Source: Candidatus Omnitrophota bacterium (GTDB lineage: Bacteria; Omnitrophota; Gorgyraeia; Zapsychrales; Fredricksoniimonadaceae). Taken from it: a stretch of DNA of 64,000 nucleotides. Within the stretch, counting starts at the first letter, position 1; each line of letters begins with the position of its first letter. Both the position numbers and the translations under genes were made by a program. The notes below the pieces were generated by a model, which searched no databases, had not been told where the DNA came from, and was given only the letters and a program-made list of their open reading frames with translations. The stretch lies in the NCBI GenBank assembly GCA_903944345.1, contig CAJARJ010000001.1, positions 12,339 through 76,338 of the forward strand. Direction: 5' to 3'. Below, in pieces: positions 53,101 through 60,762 of this stretch.

Positions 53101-56100
53101 GTAAGGGCGTCCGCAGGAGCGGGCGCGGCAGCAGCCACAGCCATGGCTTCTGGCACAGGCAAACTCAAACCGCTGGCATTTCGTCCGGTTTCGGGAAATG
53201 TCTTGGTCATGGTTGCACTTACACTTGAAACGGCAGACGCATCAGAACGGCCATAATAGAGGTAAATGGTTTCGACACTGTTCGCGGGCACTGCCGGCAG
53301 TTTGACCCAATAAACAGCGGTACGGTTTGCATAATCGAAGCTGACCTGATTATAGGACAAAATAGTGGTGTTATCGCTGTCGACAAAACGCACATCGGCC
53401 CCGTCATTGCGGCAGCGTTCCCAGAAACTGTCCACCGCCGCGGTCAAGGTAACCTTAACCTGATAATCAGTCAGCTCTCCGCCCAAAGAATTGTCGACCG
53501 TGATCTCGCTGCGATGCGACCATCCGGACAAGGCCGGAGAAGTCTCATTGTCCTCGACAGCGGTAAAATAATAACGCACCACATCACTGCCGGCGGAAGA
53601 AAAAGAGGTCCGGAAAAGCTGGGACACCTCGGCATCGGAAAGGTCTTTGTTGTAGATAGCCACTTCGTCCATGGCGCCCCACAAATAATTGTAACTGCCT
53701 GAGGGAGAATACCCAAGCCAGGTGTTATTACTTCCGGGAGAAAGGTTCCAGCTGCCGCTAAAAGTCTGCTTGAGCTCGCCGTCGATATATAACTTGCTGG
53801 TTGTCGAATTGGTTGTATGGGTGATCATGTGCCATTCGCCGGTTGAAATGCCCCAGCTGGTGCGCGGCGCCGTTGTTTCCGCGCCATTCACACTCAAAAT
53901 AAACTGGTTGCGGCTGTTGATCATGGTGCAATACCCCGGATTGCCGCCCCAGGAGGTGCTGGCCACCGGAATGCGCCAATTGCCATCAATATTGACAGGC
54001 AAATTAATCCAGTAGGAGAACGTGACCGGCAAACTCATTTTAAGCGAAGCAGCTCCGCCAAGATTGACATACTGATTGGAGCCGTTAAAACTCAGAGCCT
54101 TGCCGAACTTGCCGTTAACCCATACCGGATTGTTAACGATAACACCATGATTGCCCTGCCCGGAATAATCGTTAAGGGTTGATCCTGCTCCTTCGTCGAA
54201 ACGGTAATAGGCCACCAGATTGGCCATGGCCGGAATAAAATCTTCATCCGGATTGCTGGCGCTTTCGGCATCCGGCTTGCCATACTTCAAATAAATACTG
54301 GTTTTCTGCCCGGCCGGCAGAGAGAAAACCTTGACCATGGCTTCGGCCCGACGGGCGGCGTAATCGAAGTACCCCCCGTTGGAGGTTATGTTGTACCCCA
54401 ACAGATTTCCGGCGGAATCAACAAAACGGATGTCGGCGCCGTCGCTTTTGACATGTTCCCAGAAATGGGGGTTGCTGTCATTAAGCTCGATGGCAAGTCC
54501 GGCATTGACCAGATCCGCACCACTATTATTTTCCACAACAATGCGCTGGGTGTAGGCATAGTCTTCCAGCTGTTTGGCCAGACGCGCGACCCCGTCTCTG
54601 ACCTCAATCTGCGGATCATAAGAATACTCGCTGTCGGTTTCCATATCATTAAGCAAAGTTTGCGCCCCTCCCGGCCCCAGCCAGACACCCCAGGCCCCGG
54701 GCTGTCCGTTATTGTCAGGCGCGGTGCGCAACTGAAAACGGATATCACTGCCGGCCGGTATGGTGCGCGTCCAGGAAATGCCGGTCAGACGGTTAAGAGC
54801 CTGTCCGGAATTGTAAGGAGTAGAAATCAGCTCCTGATCAAACGGATAGCGGAAAAAATTAAAACTGATATCGCGCAATTGCGGCAGGTTTTGAGGGTCT
54901 TCGGTCAACAAAGACACCTGGTATTGCAAATACTGATCCCCGGGACGCACCACCGGGAAAGTGCCGGAAAGATCACTGTTTTTGGTGACCGGATTGATAT
55001 TCTCCCATTTAGACACCCCGGTCATGGCCGAGTCAAGAGCAGTTCGCACCTTGAGCTCGATCACTCCGGAGGCATTGTCACTCCAGTTGACTGTATTATA
55101 GGCAGAATTGCGCCCTACATTCTTGACAGCCGAAGTATACTGCCCCTGCTGATATAAACGGTACTTAAAGACATCGTAAAAATGTCCGTTGCCACCGCGT
55201 GTGGCATACAAAAAGTCGCCCCTGCCGGGATAGATCAGATTAGCCCCGCCGTAGAACACTGAAGGTGACGGATTAAGCTCCTGCCAGGTGTTCTGGGATA
55301 TGGAGTAGCGCAAAAACATATTGGTTCCCCAGGTATAGCCATAGTTCCCAGTAGGAATAAAATACAGATAATCGCCGCGACCAGGATAAATGAGCGATGG
55401 AGTATTCGTATCCGAGCTCATCAGAGAAATCGGAAGCTCCGCCAAAGCGGTCCAGACATTGTTATTGATTGAATACCGGTAAAACTCCGCGCCACCGTTA
55501 CCACGGGTGGCATACAAATAATTACCAAACCCCGGATAAGCCAAGCTGCCGCCAAAATTGACCGTATTGGGCACAGGGGCACCACTGGCCCACTGGTTGG
55601 TGGCAATATCATAAATCCAGAAATCGGTGCGCGAATCGCCGCGCAGGCAATACACCTTGGTGGCGGTGGCGGCAATATCGTGCCCGCTGCCAAAATTACC
55701 GCCAGGAGGAGTCAGTGCCGTCCACTGATTGAGCGTCACCGAATAACGGGCAAAATCGGTACGATTGCGCCCGCGGGTAGTGTAAAGATAATCGCCAGTT
55801 CCGCTATAGGTTAAAGCCGCCCCCCACTCATCCCAGGCCCAGGCCAGATTGGCATAAGGCGAATTGAGGGTAACAAAATTACGTGTACTCAGACTGTATT
55901 TCCAGAAGCCCTGATGCCCGCCGAAATAAAGCAGATCCTCATCGGGACCAGAACCGAATACCCCGTAATTGTAAATGCTCCAGGTACTGGGATGCCCCAC
56001 TGGCTGATCCCAGTCATTGGCGCTCATGGAATAACGCGCCAGAAGACCAAAAGCCGAATCAAAGTAATAAATAAAGTCGCCGCTGCCCGGGTAAAACATG

Positions 56101-58907
56101 TCGCCGTCATTGCTGGTATAGGCGTAATTACGGGAAGACGGCGCCAAAGCAGTCCAGGCATTGTTGGCAATCGAATAGGACGCAAACCGGTTTTGATAGC
56201 TAAGCCAGTAAATATTGTCGCCGCTGCCCGGATAAAGCAAGGCCTGAGCGTTATGACCGCCGGCCGGAGCCGAAGCTAAAGTGGTCCAGGCATTCGCGCC
56301 GATATTGTAACGGTAAAAATTACTGGCCGCATTACCCACTTTCCAATAAAGCATATTGTTGGCTTGATCCACAGCAAAAGTGTTACCCCGTCCTTGATTA
56401 TTGATTATTGCATAAGGCAAATCTACCAACCCAGTCCATGTGTTGGAAGAAATCGTGTATTTCATGAACTTGCGACCACTCTCGGTCGTAGGATGCAGGC
56501 CATACCCGGCAGCGGCAAACAGCTGATCTCCGGCTCCTTCAAATTGAGATTCTAGTACAATTGGCAAAGGCGAATCCGCCATGGCCGCCCAGACATTGTT
56601 GACAAAATCATAGCGCCACAAGTTTGTTTCGCCCCGGCCTTCCAGAACATAGACATAATTTCCGGTGCCCGGATAAGTGGCCTTGCTGCCCCAGCCCAGC
56701 ATAAAAGGCGCCACAACAAACCCGGTCCATTTCTTTTGGGAAAGAGAATATTTCCAGATTGCAGTGGAGTCATTGCCGTAAAACATGTACACCGTGTCAG
56801 CATCCACAAGAACCGTGCTGCCATACGCCGGAGACTGGATATCGCGGTAACGCAAATTCCAGGAGTTGGTGGAAATAGTGTAAACACCCATGTCCCGTTC
56901 GCCGGCACGCGCGATATAAACCTTGTCTCCCTGAGCGACCAACGCCGCATAAGCATCGCCGCACCATAACGGGGTGGAGGGTAAAACTTCCCAGGTATTG
57001 CTTGCGATATCGTAGCGGGCAAAAGAATAAGCCGTGCCAAAAAAAGCGTAAATGTAATTGCCGCTGCCGGGCCAAACCAATTCACTTTTATCATAAAACA
57101 TAAACGGCGCATCAGCCATGCGCGTCCAAGTATTATTGGTTGTCTGATAGCGCCAGAATTTGCGGTTGTAAGCTCCGTTGGAATAACCGGTGGCGGCAAA
57201 AACATAATTTCCGGCTCCCGGCGCATACGGATAAACCATGGCTCCGCCATAATGCACATACTCCGGGGAAGGCAAATCGGCCACACCAGTATCGTCCCAG
57301 ACATTGGATGAAGGGTCATAGCGCCAGAAAGTGGCCGTCTGGTTACCACGAAAACCGTAAATGTAGGTGCCGTCACTGGCCAGGGAGCCGCCATAATAAA
57401 TAGGAGAGGGCACTGAGGCCAGCGTGATCCAGGTGTTATCCGCCGGATTATACCGGGCAAAACCGGAATTAAGATTACCCTGCTGGGCATAGACACGTCC
57501 GCCGTGATGCACCAACGCATGCCCTTGATACTGGGCAGCCCAGGGCATGGCCGTCAACGCTACCCAGTTATTGTTAACCAGAGAATAACGCGCAAACTCG
57601 GCCGAATTGTGCCCGCTGGACGCATAAATATAATTGGCGCCGTCCGAAATCATGCGCGCGTACGTCTGTAACCAGGTGTTGGCCCGCGGCCCCATGAGCT
57701 CGTCCCATTTGGCAGCCACCGGGTCGAAATGCAGGGGCCGGACATAATTGCCCATTGACAAGAAATTGAGGCGACCGCCAACGCCAGGATCGTAAAAAAT
57801 GCCGCGATAGGGGTAGATCGGAATTGAGGCATTGGCCGTTCCCGAATAAAGATCATCCCACTGGGCGGTAACATAATTGTAGCGGGCAAACTGTCCCAGG
57901 CGATCATCCTCCCGCCAGGCATAAAGATAGTTGCCTCCCGGATGCTGCAAATTACCCACTCCAACCGGAGAGGAAGTAAGCCCTACCCACTGATTACCCG
58001 AGATGGAATAACGCGACAAGGTTGTGCCGGTACTGGAAAACATGGCCAGCAAATCCGAACCCGAGCCGGTATAAACCAGACCCGCTCCCCGAGTCACAGC
58101 CACCGGAGTGTTAGCCATATTGGCCCACGTATTGGAAGCAATCGTATAAGCAAAAGCGCGCGTGGTAGCTGCCCCGGCCAGACAGTAAACTTTTGTTCCG
58201 TCTGAAGCCATGGCCGCACCATAACCGATAAAAGTGGAGGCATCCGCCAGACGAGTCCAGGTATCGGTGGAGATGGAATATTTATAAAACTGTTTGGTGT
58301 TGGCCCCGCGGGTGACATAAAGAAAATCCCCGCCGGTAGTCGGATAGGCAAAAGCTGCCCCGGTTCCGATGGGCACAGGCATGTCGGCCAGAAACGTCCA
58401 GGTTTCTGCAGCTATGTCGTAACGCCCCAGCTTGTTGTTGCGCCAAATGGCGTAAATGTAATTGCCGGCCCGAACCCAGGGTGACCACCAGGACAAGGAC
58501 GGCATTTCCGGTAAAGAGCTCCAGTCGCCCGGACGCAAACCAAAGGGGTCTTCGGAAGTAGTCTGCAGGGTCAGATAGGCATCGGCACCGGTACCATCAA
58601 CCTCAACCAGATACGGAATGCCGGAAGCAAAATCAGCGTCCGTAGTGTCGGTTAAAGCCAGCAGCTGGGGAACTCCGGTAAGAACACCGTTAAAGGAATT
58701 GTCAATATAACTATCTTTGGAATAAAAAAGCGACCAGCCTGTTTTGTTGGCCGGATGCAGAGCCAGACCCGCAAGAGACGCTCCGCCCGTCCAGTTGGTC
58801 TGGTGAAAAACATCGCTTTCCTGGGCAGGCAGAGGGCGGTCATTGCAAAAAAGCATAGCCCCCAGAAGAAGCGGAAGCAGCAGTCGGCGAAAATATATCA
58901 CAAACAA
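44151..58907 (-). CDS. Giant (4918 aa) secreted multi-domain surface/adhesin-like protein: signal peptide, about 23 Kelch-like propeller blades, DUF2341-like and LamG/ConA-like domains, about 13 Ig-like repeats, 600-aa C-terminal region
   Basis: Single uninterrupted 14,757-nt ORF; N-terminal signal MFVIYFRRLLLPLLLGAMLF; repeated Y.YSI..N.W..LA..P blades; DUF2341-like modules ending IYLYYG; LamG-like modules (LVAYYRFDEGAGSTLNDYSGQGNHG...); about 95-aa repeats (L/I)TSPNGGE.W..G....ITW...G...N.LKLEYStDgG.TW..IA....NTG.Y.W.VPD. Confidence 0.9.
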   Translation of the reverse strand: MFVIYFRRLLLPLLLGAMLFCNDRPLPAQESDVFHQTNWTGGASLAGLALHPANKTGWSLFYSKDSYIDNSFNGVLTGVPQLLALTDTTDADFASGIPYLVEVDGTGADAYLTLQTTSEDPFGLRPGDWSSLPEMPSLSWWSPWVRAGNYIYAIWRNNKLGRYDIAAETWTFLADMPVPIGTGAAFAYPTTGGDFLYVTRGANTKQFYKYSISTDTWTRLADASTFIGYGAAMASDGTKVYCLAGAATTRAFAYTIASNTWANMANTPVAVTRGAGLVYTGSGSDLLAMFSSTGTTLSRYSISGNQWVGLTSSPVGVGNLQHPGGNYLYAWREDDRLGQFARYNYVTAQWDDLYSGTANASIPIYPYRGIFYDPGVGGRLNFLSMGNYVRPLHFDPVAAKWDELMGPRANTWLQTYARMISDGANYIYASSGHNSAEFARYSLVNNNWVALTAMPWAAQYQGHALVHHGGRVYAQQGNLNSGFARYNPADNTWITLASVPSPIYYGGSLASDGTYIYGFRGNQTATFWRYDPSSNVWDDTGVADLPSPEYVHYGGAMVYPYAPGAGNYVFAATGYSNGAYNRKFWRYQTTNNTWTRMADAPFMFYDKSELVWPGSGNYIYAFFGTAYSFARYDIASNTWEVLPSTPLWCGDAYAALVAQGDKVYIARAGERDMGVYTISTNSWNLRYRDIQSPAYGSTVLVDADTVYMFYGNDSTAIWKYSLSQKKWTGFVVAPFMLGWGSKATYPGTGNYVYVLEGRGETNLWRYDFVNNVWAAMADSPLPIVLESQFEGAGDQLFAAAGYGLHPTTESGRKFMKYTISSNTWTGLVDLPYAIINNQGRGNTFAVDQANNMLYWKVGNAASNFYRYNIGANAWTTLASAPAGGHNAQALLYPGSGDNIYWLSYQNRFASYSIANNAWTALAPSSRNYAYTSNDGDMFYPGSGDFIYYFDSAFGLLARYSMSANDWDQPVGHPSTWSIYNYGVFGSGPDEDLLYFGGHQGFWKYSLSTRNFVTLNSPYANLAWAWDEWGAALTYSGTGDYLYTTRGRNRTDFARYSVTLNQWTALTPPGGNFGSGHDIAATATKVYCLRGDSRTDFWIYDIATNQWASGAPVPNTVNFGGSLAYPGFGNYLYATRGNGGAEFYRYSINNNVWTALAELPISLMSSDTNTPSLIYPGRGDYLYFIPTGNYGYTWGTNMFLRYSISQNTWQELNPSPSVFYGGANLIYPGRGDFLYATRGGNGHFYDVFKYRLYQQGQYTSAVKNVGRNSAYNTVNWSDNASGVIELKVRTALDSAMTGVSKWENINPVTKNSDLSGTFPVVRPGDQYLQYQVSLLTEDPQNLPQLRDISFNFFRYPFDQELISTPYNSGQALNRLTGISWTRTIPAGSDIRFQLRTAPDNNGQPGAWGVWLGPGGAQTLLNDMETDSEYSYDPQIEVRDGVARLAKQLEDYAYTQRIVVENNSGADLVNAGLAIELNDSNPHFWEHVKSDGADIRFVDSAGNLLGYNITSNGGYFDYAARRAEAMVKVFSLPAGQKTSIYLKYGKPDAESASNPDEDFIPAMANLVAYYRFDEGAGSTLNDYSGQGNHGVIVNNPVWVNGKFGKALSFNGSNQYVNLGGAASLKMSLPVTFSYWINLPVNIDGNWRIPVASTSWGGNPGYCTMINSRNQFILSVNGAETTAPRTSWGISTGEWHMITHTTNSTTSKLYIDGELKQTFSGSWNLSPGSNNTWLGYSPSGSYNYLWGAMDEVAIYNKDLSDAEVSQLFRTSFSSAGSDVVRYYFTAVEDNETSPALSGWSHRSEITVDNSLGGELTDYQVKVTLTAAVDSFWERCRNDGADVRFVDSDNTTILSYNQVSFDYANRTAVYWVKLPAVPANSVETIYLYYGRSDASAVSSVSATMTKTFPETGRNASGLSLPVPEAMAVAAAAPAPADALTVESSFEHTLNYWPGGWLYRKEININNAGQEAVEYLVLTMEIDYEPGMKPDFSDIRFWEKDMRHKLRYRIRSLGASKATIYLEVPDLPADSIKQLYLYYGNAAANSESDDSLSDYLYLDDFDSYMTTNYNYSSRVYFENGEVRLLGNNNWSDAYINTKQTFQRYNEGTTFEASFRQASTNEATMIGWKIPGTDQSYGQMPYAIYFENNASIYIYENGTSRGRVSTNYTFGTSYDIKITLQPTQGAKYYYRTTGSDPWTLLYTSTFAPNTTLVPHIIHNGRGGYNAFTDNWKVYRGDTEGGALGLTLPVTFGAQETPLVVRSQWLPGFAHRRVLTFDNSGLADAENKLYVFDIAYADGKMRSDYGDIRFVDTDGTALPHRILSSSPAQARFMVQVPYVPGRSTKTVIMYYGNPGTQVEQDTSLPAMPVDGLTNWWKMDENAGYNTEDFAGSIDFNDMGSPLWVPGFSGSALDFTGTSNLTRTDTISLPVGSEMSVGAWIYPRTLPQTTWNGVISWGNRSSRDSFVLAVQNNGRLAFTNFSNDFVSASGLAVAGNTWNHVAAVLDGTSIKLYINGQSVNGMSITLNNLPAVQSKNLAIGSTDLAARYFDGIIDEVTIYNRALSDDEVFGLSNAWVIVPVWGDEENEDVPADQTILVKSGSFGLKLTTLGLTGFVNGTSVSTGDYPTGTLTHAALTYDGARLKLFVDGQEKASSALTGTVSANANPLQIGGGLVGLIDEARVWGEQQAVGDLFERRYRALSGTEPGLLGLWRFNDATGSTAVDGSLYGHNVTLSGGAGWLARPFDYIDGAPLAVWHFDEGVGTSTADATVNNNRISLVNTSWSSTDLTGFPGAKALTFNGTTAYGYAADSATLDVTGQVSLEAWVQPLTIEGNHLILAKGSDLHSRLNYGLYQYSDTLAFSFRNNTQKLHATGAVLTQGLVQHVVATFDEAVDTVKIYVNGNLVYTSTQETSTMLTNNDNLQLGREASAAMPFVGNLDGVRIYDRVLLAREVLAHYQSHKQVENEPLLFDVLTPETVGAIAVYASSNPVIQPVNGTFYYEKSLVQMQDILLTPYGTTVRYQVSPNGYTWHWWDGSQWDDVTGGYSQTNTSAEINAHLTEFQDIYPQGNFYFRAYLHSEPSSFRTPSIESVGVTFMGAQTYYLDPSGGENINPLHTDADSDQWFQYRALFFSEGQQAAILDDISLDYITAFLNLTAPNGGETIVVGQTYPVTWNSQALQVEGGSGLVKLQYSADNANTWALIAEHVSNTGSYNWLVPDAPSQQGYVRISSEDLPTVADVSAASFRVLSLAVTAPNGGEVLEAGRQFNITWNVTGAIPNDVVKIEYSTNGGTSWTVISAITPNDGVYEWVVPAVFADSVLVRISSPSNDRIQDLSNTAFSIVPTPAFSLSSPVLGDRWSVGASKPISWRTNSLIFSSQIKLEYSNDAFQSDVHEIAQVSVGTPQGAGNNDDILGTYNWQVPDIISANMMVRLTEVGIPAGRGTQQEVSFTSPVFSIVDPVLTLTSPVADMVWVVGDTNNITWTVDGTVSNDLKLEYSLNGTDFVLIAEHLTNSGTYAWVVPPGAVGSAVRVRLTDAQRAQVTITSVAFRVLAHTTIELIQPVGGERITMGTDYTVRWRTYGHKLDSSGADYNKISIFYSTDDGATWTLSGFNQANTGSFTWRVPDEPTETARIKVVDQNDALAAGISPAPFAIELPTVTLTSPVGGESWYATGNYSVTWTSVGSLSANLKLEYSTDGGSTWTTFRTGQSNTGNYLWGPVADANSQTMRVRITDMSYPSVTSSSPANFTIKPPAITLVLPNGGEMWAVGTTQEVRWYSEGSDFGAVRDNITLQYSSNGGSTWNNIATGVANNDLYYWMIPDSLSTNSLVKIFDATRPATTDVSDAVFEISLPKVIITSPNGGELWPVGMQYPITWQSVGSVSNDLKLEYSTDNFATVHTIAGSAPNTGEYLWTVPDDMSDTVRLRLTDNLRTQISDTSDLTFAITLPRIIVTWPNGGEIVSVGDVENIVWQPLGAISNNLRIEYSDDNFVSDVVLIAQGVPNTGTYAWTVPDDRSATLRVRITDADRSAVWDKSDASFTILPAPQITMLHPEGGEVWRVGSVHDITWEDNGGRVSNNLRLSYSVDNGASWIQIATGVHNTGSHSWTIPDNVFSTALVRIMDESRPSTTATSPAFNLALPGITITAPNGSEVWSVGDRGPVRWESEGTVSENLLLSYSPDNGITWYLVRGGIPNSGSYSWTVPDYITTQCLVRLVDGNRPAVLDVSDDVFVINPLPTMTFLTPGSGDEYVLADTIPVTWEWTGLSIANLTLDYSSDNFITRRIIETNLANTGSYDWVVPADAITGRTIKFRLTDGVRSQITATSQGNVRIRGGFRILSPNGGEKLVARSTHAITWQTMGTISNVRLEYTTDGLNWSFIGTAVNTGTYNWTTPDIKSEHVRVRVSDVDDNTTMDTSDSDLALVYATAVFKVMDYDTYQHLTDFSVNEPASGWTDTALASPLTRTEEYPYGSYTTFFSKQEYIDNSVTWTPPKQGVEPYVVTVYLENAASAQVTWESILTYSFSPATDSLTAVGSLQRKGKLVGTNETERSDMGTATFKIYEPDGETVRNSMASPAPGATGMYNFTLAETAFEAGKVYPATLTIEYRGREYTSAANIDVGSEIMQYEFFTETTEQLMSAVSNIQSTVAATSEDMKEVVSKDIASIKTELQNETRKILFSTQTELPERISLLQETVQRELSSEILNTESAVKAGETLTIRYRAGSGLVPVIDVYNAQNLQVVTSARMTEMTGTGIYQYPVLFYSSWGRGDFTIVCSEPTLGTMDAMTITVTMSDLDQVYSQVSALMGTTSGISGINTTVNKLNEQFASIETVINDMGSGAFKGAGGLAADAAQSAVAPLFGQLTAMAKQIQSLTGEGGVSLGKMLDVSQERQGDMTYLKNKTQELKAAMEVSKKILENMNNKPVTQVWYEYKE
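45700..49580 (-). repeat. Array of about 13 Ig-like / Kre9-KNH-like beta-sandwich repeats (about 95 aa) in the giant protein
   Basis: PNGGE(x)W/ITW/LEYS.D.G.TW/NTG.Y.W.VPD pattern repeated; amino-acid repeats diverged, not identical at DNA level; boundaries approximate. Confidence 0.65.
50300..54500 (-). repeat. Alternating DUF2341-like (4 copies) and LamG/ConA-like (4 copies) modules in the giant protein
   Basis: Four units ending (I/V)YLYYG/MYYGNPG with D(I/V)RF(V/W)D cores; four units with the W..DEG.G....D.SG motif and a V.IYN.ALSD.EV tail; boundaries approximate. Confidence 0.55.
55150..58600 (-). repeat. Coding repeat array: about 23 Kelch/galactose-oxidase-like beta-propeller blades (about 50 aa each) in the giant protein
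   Basis: Recurring ...F.RY.I..NTW..LA.MP... units; boundaries approximate. Confidence 0.6.
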
Positions 58908-58931
58908 CTCCAGTTCTCCCCCACCAAAGTA

Positions 58932-59237
58932 TTATTGTCCACGCTGGGCCTGTGCGGCAAGCAACTGCTGCTGTAACTGTTCTACCCGGCGAGCCATCGC
59001 CTGGTAGGACACGCGGTCGGCACTGTATTTCTGTTCCAGATCGGCGGCTATCTTTTTATGTTCCTCCGCAAGCTTCTGTTTGAATTCCGCGCGGCAAGAC
59101 GAAGCCTCCCTCTGAAAACGGGCGGTTTCGGTGCCGGCACGAAAAACGAAAAACCCAAGAACAAGGATAACACCCAGACACAGCAATTGCCAGACGCCCG
59201 GGCGGGAACAGCATCCGTTATTTTTTGTCGTCGTCAT
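58932..59237 (-). CDS. Small membrane-anchored coiled-coil protein (101 aa)
   Basis: Single TM WQLLCLGVILVLGFFVF followed by a Gln/Ala/Glu-rich helix; sits between the TPR genes and the giant gene. Confidence 0.45.
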   Translation of the reverse strand: MTTTKNNGCCSRPGVWQLLCLGVILVLGFFVFRAGTETARFQREASSCRAEFKQKLAEEHKKIAADLEQKYSADRVSYQAMARRVEQLQQQLLAAQAQRGQ

Positions 59238-60036
59238 TAGCTGACCTCCGCTTCTGATCCTTGCGTCCGCCTGAACCCAGATCCAGATCGTACATACGAT
59301 TAATGGTTTCCTGCACCCAGACCGCGTCTTCAGCGTCGGGCCTCAGCTCCAGATAACGGCGAAAATGCAGGGCCGCGCGATTATAATTGGCCTCGACGTT
59401 TTTGTACATAAGCGCCAGATTGTAGTGCGCATCGGCATTGGTGCCGTCACTCTTGATCGCTTCCTCGTACTCGCGCATGGAATCGCGCATAAAGCCTGCC
59501 TTGGCATAGGCAACACCGAGGTCGTAGTGATAAAGACTGCGTTCTTTCTGAATGGTTTCTTCGTGTTTACGGACACTGTTTAGCAAACGCTGACGCTGCA
59601 GGCGCAAAGCCTTTTGCTCTTTCTCGCGATGGGTGAGAATGCGTTTGAGCTGGGCGTCCATATCGGTCTGAATTTTTGTAATCTCGTCCTTGTTGGTGCC
59701 GATCAGCCCGTCAACCCGCTTGAGCCGGGAAGAAAGATCTTCCCGTTCTTTTTCAAGATCATTGTTGCGGGTCATATATTTGAGTGTTTCGGACTGTATT
59801 CTTTCTTTTTCCTGAAGAATAAGCTCCTTTTCCTTCTTGAGCTGCAGGGCCGCTGTTTCGGCCTTGCCCAGGAGAGACTTCATGTTATCCAGGCGGCGTT
59901 CAACAGACTGGCGGGAGGTAAAAAGAAAATAACAGCCCAACGCCAAGCCAAGGCACAACACACCGGATATCAGTGCCAGCCAAAACCGCGAATCGAAGAA
60001 ATTTTTTGCAGATGTCTGGTTCATACCTATTCCCAT
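59218..60036 (-). CDS. Membrane-anchored coiled-coil plus TPR protein (272 aa), tandem paralog of the next gene
   Basis: N-terminal TM, about 150-aa coiled coil, two TPR units (YHYDLGVAYAKAG...HYNLALMYKNV), KR/D-rich tail. Confidence 0.6.
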   Translation of the reverse strand: MGIGMNQTSAKNFFDSRFWLALISGVLCLGLALGCYFLFTSRQSVERRLDNMKSLLGKAETAALQLKKEKELILQEKERIQSETLKYMTRNNDLEKEREDLSSRLKRVDGLIGTNKDEITKIQTDMDAQLKRILTHREKEQKALRLQRQRLLNSVRKHEETIQKERSLYHYDLGVAYAKAGFMRDSMREYEEAIKSDGTNADAHYNLALMYKNVEANYNRAALHFRRYLELRPDAEDAVWVQETINRMYDLDLGSGGRKDQKRRSANDDDKK

Positions 60037-60749
60037 TTGTTGCGGGCCTTGATAGTGTTGATCAGATATTCGACTTCCTTGGTGTTTGACGCGTACGGCA
60101 AGAGCGAAAGATATTCGTTAAGATGCCGAACCGACCCCTCGTCGTTGCCGAGAGCGGCAAACAACATCCCCAGCGCGTAGTGCGACTTGTGATCCTTGGG
60201 ATCCAGAACCAGGGCCTTGTCGTAAGCCAGGATCGCTTCACGCAACATGTGGGCATCGGCATAGGAAGCCCCGACATCCCGGTATATCGAAGATTTTTCG
60301 CGGTCAAACCCGTCGCGCACCAGGTTAAGACGCCGCCGCAATTTGAGATTGTCGGCTTCCAGTGCCTGGCGTTCCTGCTCCAGTTTGGTCAGCTTGCCCT
60401 GTAAAGCCTTGATTTCGGCCTGGGCCAGGCCTTCCTTGCGGGACGCAAGAGCCAACTCGTTCTTGAAACTGTCGTGCTCGGCCTTGAGTGACTGAGCTTC
60501 CAGCGCCAGTCCCTCGGCCCTGGTCTCGGCTTTGCGCACAGCAGCAGTTTTGGCTTTCAGGGTGTCACGCTCCCTGCCGCAGGCCGCCAGCGATTCCTGC
60601 AAATCCAGAACTTTTTCTTCGAGCATGCCCACGACAGGCTGCTGCTCATTTCCGCCGGCACCAGCGGGCAGCTGATCCTGCGCGGAGGCGGTAACCGCCT
60701 GGCACAAACAAAAGGCGCAAATCCATGAGATTATTATCCTGCGACGCAT
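60027..60749 (-). CDS. Signal-peptide coiled-coil plus TPR protein (240 aa), candidate secretin-associated pilotin-like factor
   Basis: Signal MRRRIIISWICAFCLCQAVTASA, coiled coil, TPR units (YRDVGASYADAH...HYALGMLFAALG); immediately downstream of the secretin gene. Confidence 0.55.
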   Translation of the reverse strand: MRRRIIISWICAFCLCQAVTASAQDQLPAGAGGNEQQPVVGMLEEKVLDLQESLAACGRERDTLKAKTAAVRKAETRAEGLALEAQSLKAEHDSFKNELALASRKEGLAQAEIKALQGKLTKLEQERQALEADNLKLRRRLNLVRDGFDREKSSIYRDVGASYADAHMLREAILAYDKALVLDPKDHKSHYALGMLFAALGNDEGSVRHLNEYLSLLPYASNTKEVEYLINTIKARNKWE

Positions 60750-60762
60750 ATCTTCCCCTCGT

